A DNA stretch of 64,000 nucleotides, taken from the NCBI GenBank assembly GCA_020137815.1, contig CM035350.1:1736001-1800000 (forward strand), written 5' to 3'. The position numbers and the translations under genes were made by a program. This DNA comes from Hormiphora californensis (lineage: Eukaryota > Animalia > Ctenophora). The notes below the pieces were generated by a model. It was given only the letters and a program-made list of their open reading frames with translations. It had not been told where the DNA came from and did not search any database. Shown in pieces: positions 60,901-64,000 of this stretch (within the stretch, counting starts at the first letter, position 1; each line of letters opens with the position of its first letter).

Positions 60901-62963
60901 GAGGGAGACTACGCCGCCTCTCCCTTCCTCACCGAGATCCACGCTACGGACATGTTTGATCTCCTAATTGGGACTAGTACGGGCAGTATCCTGGCATTTG
61001 GTATGGGGTACAAGGGCCTATCTCCCCAGGAGTGCCGAGATATCTACCTGAAATCCATTAAGAAGATATTTTCCAGTAAATACGATCGGAGTTCAGGAGC
61101 TTTACTACCAGGAAATCTTGCGGCTACCATTGGGGATTTAATTGGTGACGGTAGGTTTTAATTTCAAAAACAGAAGTGGCCGACTCTTCTTGACATGAAT
61201 ATATTGCTATGTTTTTGATACAAGTAATATTCATTGAGTACACCTCTCCTACTCTACTAGGTCACTACGCGCTACAGGGGGTGAAAGATACCCTGGTGGA
61301 GAACTATGGTGTAAACCCAGAGGTAGGACGGGAAGAAGAATGCAAGATGGGAGGTGGTGATCACAGGGACAAGTGTATTTGTGCGTGTGTTGCTCTGAAC
61401 TGGGAGTCACAGTCCCTGGAACCATTTGATACACATAACGAGCGGTTTAAGAACAGTAACTTGATCCAGTTTCTATCAGCAAGCAGTGATGCCCCTGTGT
61501 ATTTTACCACCCCTAGTGTTATCACAGGTAAGCAATATATGTTGTTAATTGGGGCTAACACTAATCGAGATCGCTTTACTACAACATGACTTGATTCATA
61601 TTTGAGGTCCCCTTTTCATTGCCTACAAACCTATTATAGAGAGATTGCCCTGTACTCGAAAAAATTTCCCTCGGTGTACCCTTAACTAACAAATATACCA
61701 CCCATAGCCCCAAGAAAAGAGAATCCAGAGGAGGAGACATCAGTTAACTACATAGACGGAGGGTTAGGTGCCAACTGTCCCGCTGTACAAGGTATAGACG
61801 TGGCCAAGGAGAGGTGGAAGGGCGCAGATATTGACCTTATTATAGCTATTGGTGCTGGTAAGGACTGCAACCCCCCTGAGTTACCTAAGAACGGTGGTGA
61901 TTGGTTGAAGAGGTTGTGTACCATGGTAACAGATGGTGACAATGTGTGGAGCAGGTTTGTACTGCCCCTCCTCGAGGTAGATGAGGCGTGCAAACACACA
62001 GAGAAACAGAGGATACAGCCCAGGATACCCATCGCTAAGTTCAAGGCTGACTCCATTAAAGTTATTGAGATGTGTCAGATTGCTGAGGCGTGGTTGTGTT
62101 CCAGTGCGGGATTCCTTGAGGTAAATAGCTTAGATTGGAACAGTAGCGTTAGAAATTTACAAGTTGAAACATCTTGATTGTGATCTAATTCTAACCATGG
62201 CAGATCCTAGCTGAAATGTTTAGCATAGAGAGACTGTTTCAACACTCCAATTATCTCCACAGGTCACAGAAGCAGCAGGGAAGATTATCGCTAAATCCCT
62301 CAAGCTGGAGGTTGAATCTCGAACTCTAACGGAGCAAGACTTGACCGATTGGCTGGCCCAGACCCTTCCCATTGGAAAGAAGTTATACAAAAACAGACAC
62401 ACAGACAAGAAAGAATCCCACGCTGAGCTTATCATGGATGAGGGTCTGGATATGAAGTTTGGAAGAGATATCCACAGTCTGACAGTCCGGCCTGTAGGGA
62501 AGCTGAGGGATAAGTTCCCTGGTATTAATAAGAACTTTATCTACATTCCAAAACCTGTTTCTGTCGGGCAGACCGATGTAAGTAATATCGGGAGTTTAAT
62601 GGCTACAGCCATGGGAAGTTCAAAGGCGTTGGGTTGATACTACACTCCCATCTCCCCACCCTCTAAGACTGACAGAGTTGGGCGATAAGAGTCTTAGTCT
62701 TAGTCTTAGTCTAACTCCAACCCCCCCTCTAGTTGCGGTTTACCCTCAAGTTGGACCATTATGTTGGAGGGTGGGGATCTGAGGACCCCACTGAGACTAT
62801 TGAAATCCTGAAACTTCACTGCCCCGATAACCACAAAGTTAACATCTTCTGCAACTTGGACCTGTTTGATTCAAAGCGGGTCTTCAAGATAGGGAACCTG
62901 GTTACAGTGCCCCTAGAGGAAATAGAACAGTTCCATAGGCTGGTACACGAGGCATCCAAAGAG
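57961..62963 (+). CDS. Patatin-like phospholipase (PNPLA/iPLA2-like), multi-exon, probably continues beyond window
   Basis: GVRMLCLDGGGAKG, FDLLIGTSTG (nucleophile), ASSDAPVYF and YIDGGLGANCP, with consistent splice phases. Confidence 0.82.
59351..59911 (+). mobile_element. SINE-like / 5'-truncated retroelement with two tandem G.U-rich hairpins and (TCAA)n tail
   Basis: Duplicated ~130-150-bp unit, then a CCCCACAAGCCTGTGGA / TCGCACGGGG module and a TCAA repeat. Confidence 0.6.
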
Positions 62964-62989
62964 GTGAGCGTTAGGGGCGAGTTCTACCT

Positions 62990-64000
62990 GGCTATGTCTA
63001 ACTTCCTCCTCCTCCCTCCCAGATATCCCAGCTATGTCTAACCCCCTCCTCCTCCCTCCCAGATATCCCAGCTATGTCTAACCCCCTCCTCCTCCCTCCC
63101 AGATATCCCAGCTATGTCTAACCCCCTCCTCATCCCTCCCAGATATCCCAGCTATGTCTAACCCCCTCCTCCTCCCTCCCAGATATCCCAGCTATGTCTA
63201 ACCCCCTCCTCCTCCCTTCCATATATCCCAGCTATGTCTAACCCCCTCCTCCCTCCCAGATATCCCAGCTATGTCTAACCCCCTCCTCCTCCCTCCCAGA
63301 TATCCCAGTTATGTCTAACCCCCTCCTCCCTCCCAGATATCCCAGCTATGTCTAACCCCCTCTCCCCCTCCCAGATATCCCAGCTATGTCTAACTTCCTC
63401 CTCCTCCCTCCCAGATATCCCAGCTATGTCTAACCCCCTCCTCCTCCCTCCCAGATATCCCAGCTATGTCTAACCCCCTCCTCCTCCCTCCCAGATATCC
63501 CAGCTATGTCTAACCCCCTCCTCATCCCTCCCAGATATCCCAGCTATGTCTAACCCCCTCCTCCTCCCTCCCAGATATCCCAGCTATGTCTAACCCCCTC
63601 CTCCTCCCTCCCATATATCCCAGCTATGTCTAACCCCCTCCTCCCTCCCAGATATCCCAGCTATGTCTAACCCCCTCCTCCTCCCTCCCAGATATCCCAG
63701 TTATGGCTAACCCCCTCCTCCTCCCTCCCAGATATCCCAGCTATGTCTAACCCCCTCCTCCTCCCTCCACGATATCCCAGCTATGTCTAACCCCCCTCCT
63801 CCTCCCTCCCAGATATCCCAGCTATGTCTAACCCCCTCCTCCTCCCTCCCAGATATCCCAGCTATGTCTAACCCCCTCTCCCCCTCCCAGATATCCCAGC
63901 TATGTCTAACCCCCTCCTCCTCCCTCCTAGATATCCCAGCTATGTCTAACCCCCTCCTCCTAGCCTCCCTCCCAGATATCCCAGCTATGTCTAACTTCCT
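62990..64000. repeat. 40-bp intronic minisatellite
   Basis: Unit CTATGTCTAACCCCCTCCTCCTCCCTCCCAGATATCCCAG, ~25 copies to the window end. Confidence 0.96.

Overview
Eukaryotic (animal) genomic DNA, not prokaryotic: compact genes with short GT-AG introns, many (TC)n microsatellites and MITEs. The nested genes and repeat families suggest a ctenophore (Pleurobrachia/Hormiphora-like); this is inference from recall, not a search. I assembled gene models by hand, so exon ends are approximate. Genes in order: a secreted ConA-like protein (-), probably nested in an SLK/STK10-like gene (+, 3' part only); a cathepsin L-like protease; an intronless Nova-like KH protein; SUMF2; a 5.2-kb 33-bp satellite; CDC27 (-), with two retroelements in one intron; a tight co-oriented cluster of GST-omega, EXD2a (with a Vasa/DDX3-like DEAD-box gene in its last intron), EXD2b and CZIB; and a patatin-like phospholipase running off the window end. 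The first highlight is the EXD2 locus, where one exonuclease donor is phase-compatible with either the normal EXD2 C-terminal exon or the embedded helicase, next to an RG/low-complexity-tailed paralog. This is a candidate small-RNA/nuage module. The second is an HDV-like ribozyme at the 5' end of a non-coding, microsatellite-inserted retroelement. It lies beside an ORF1-only LINE derivative whose 3' module recurs in a G.U-rich double-hairpin element 29 kb away.
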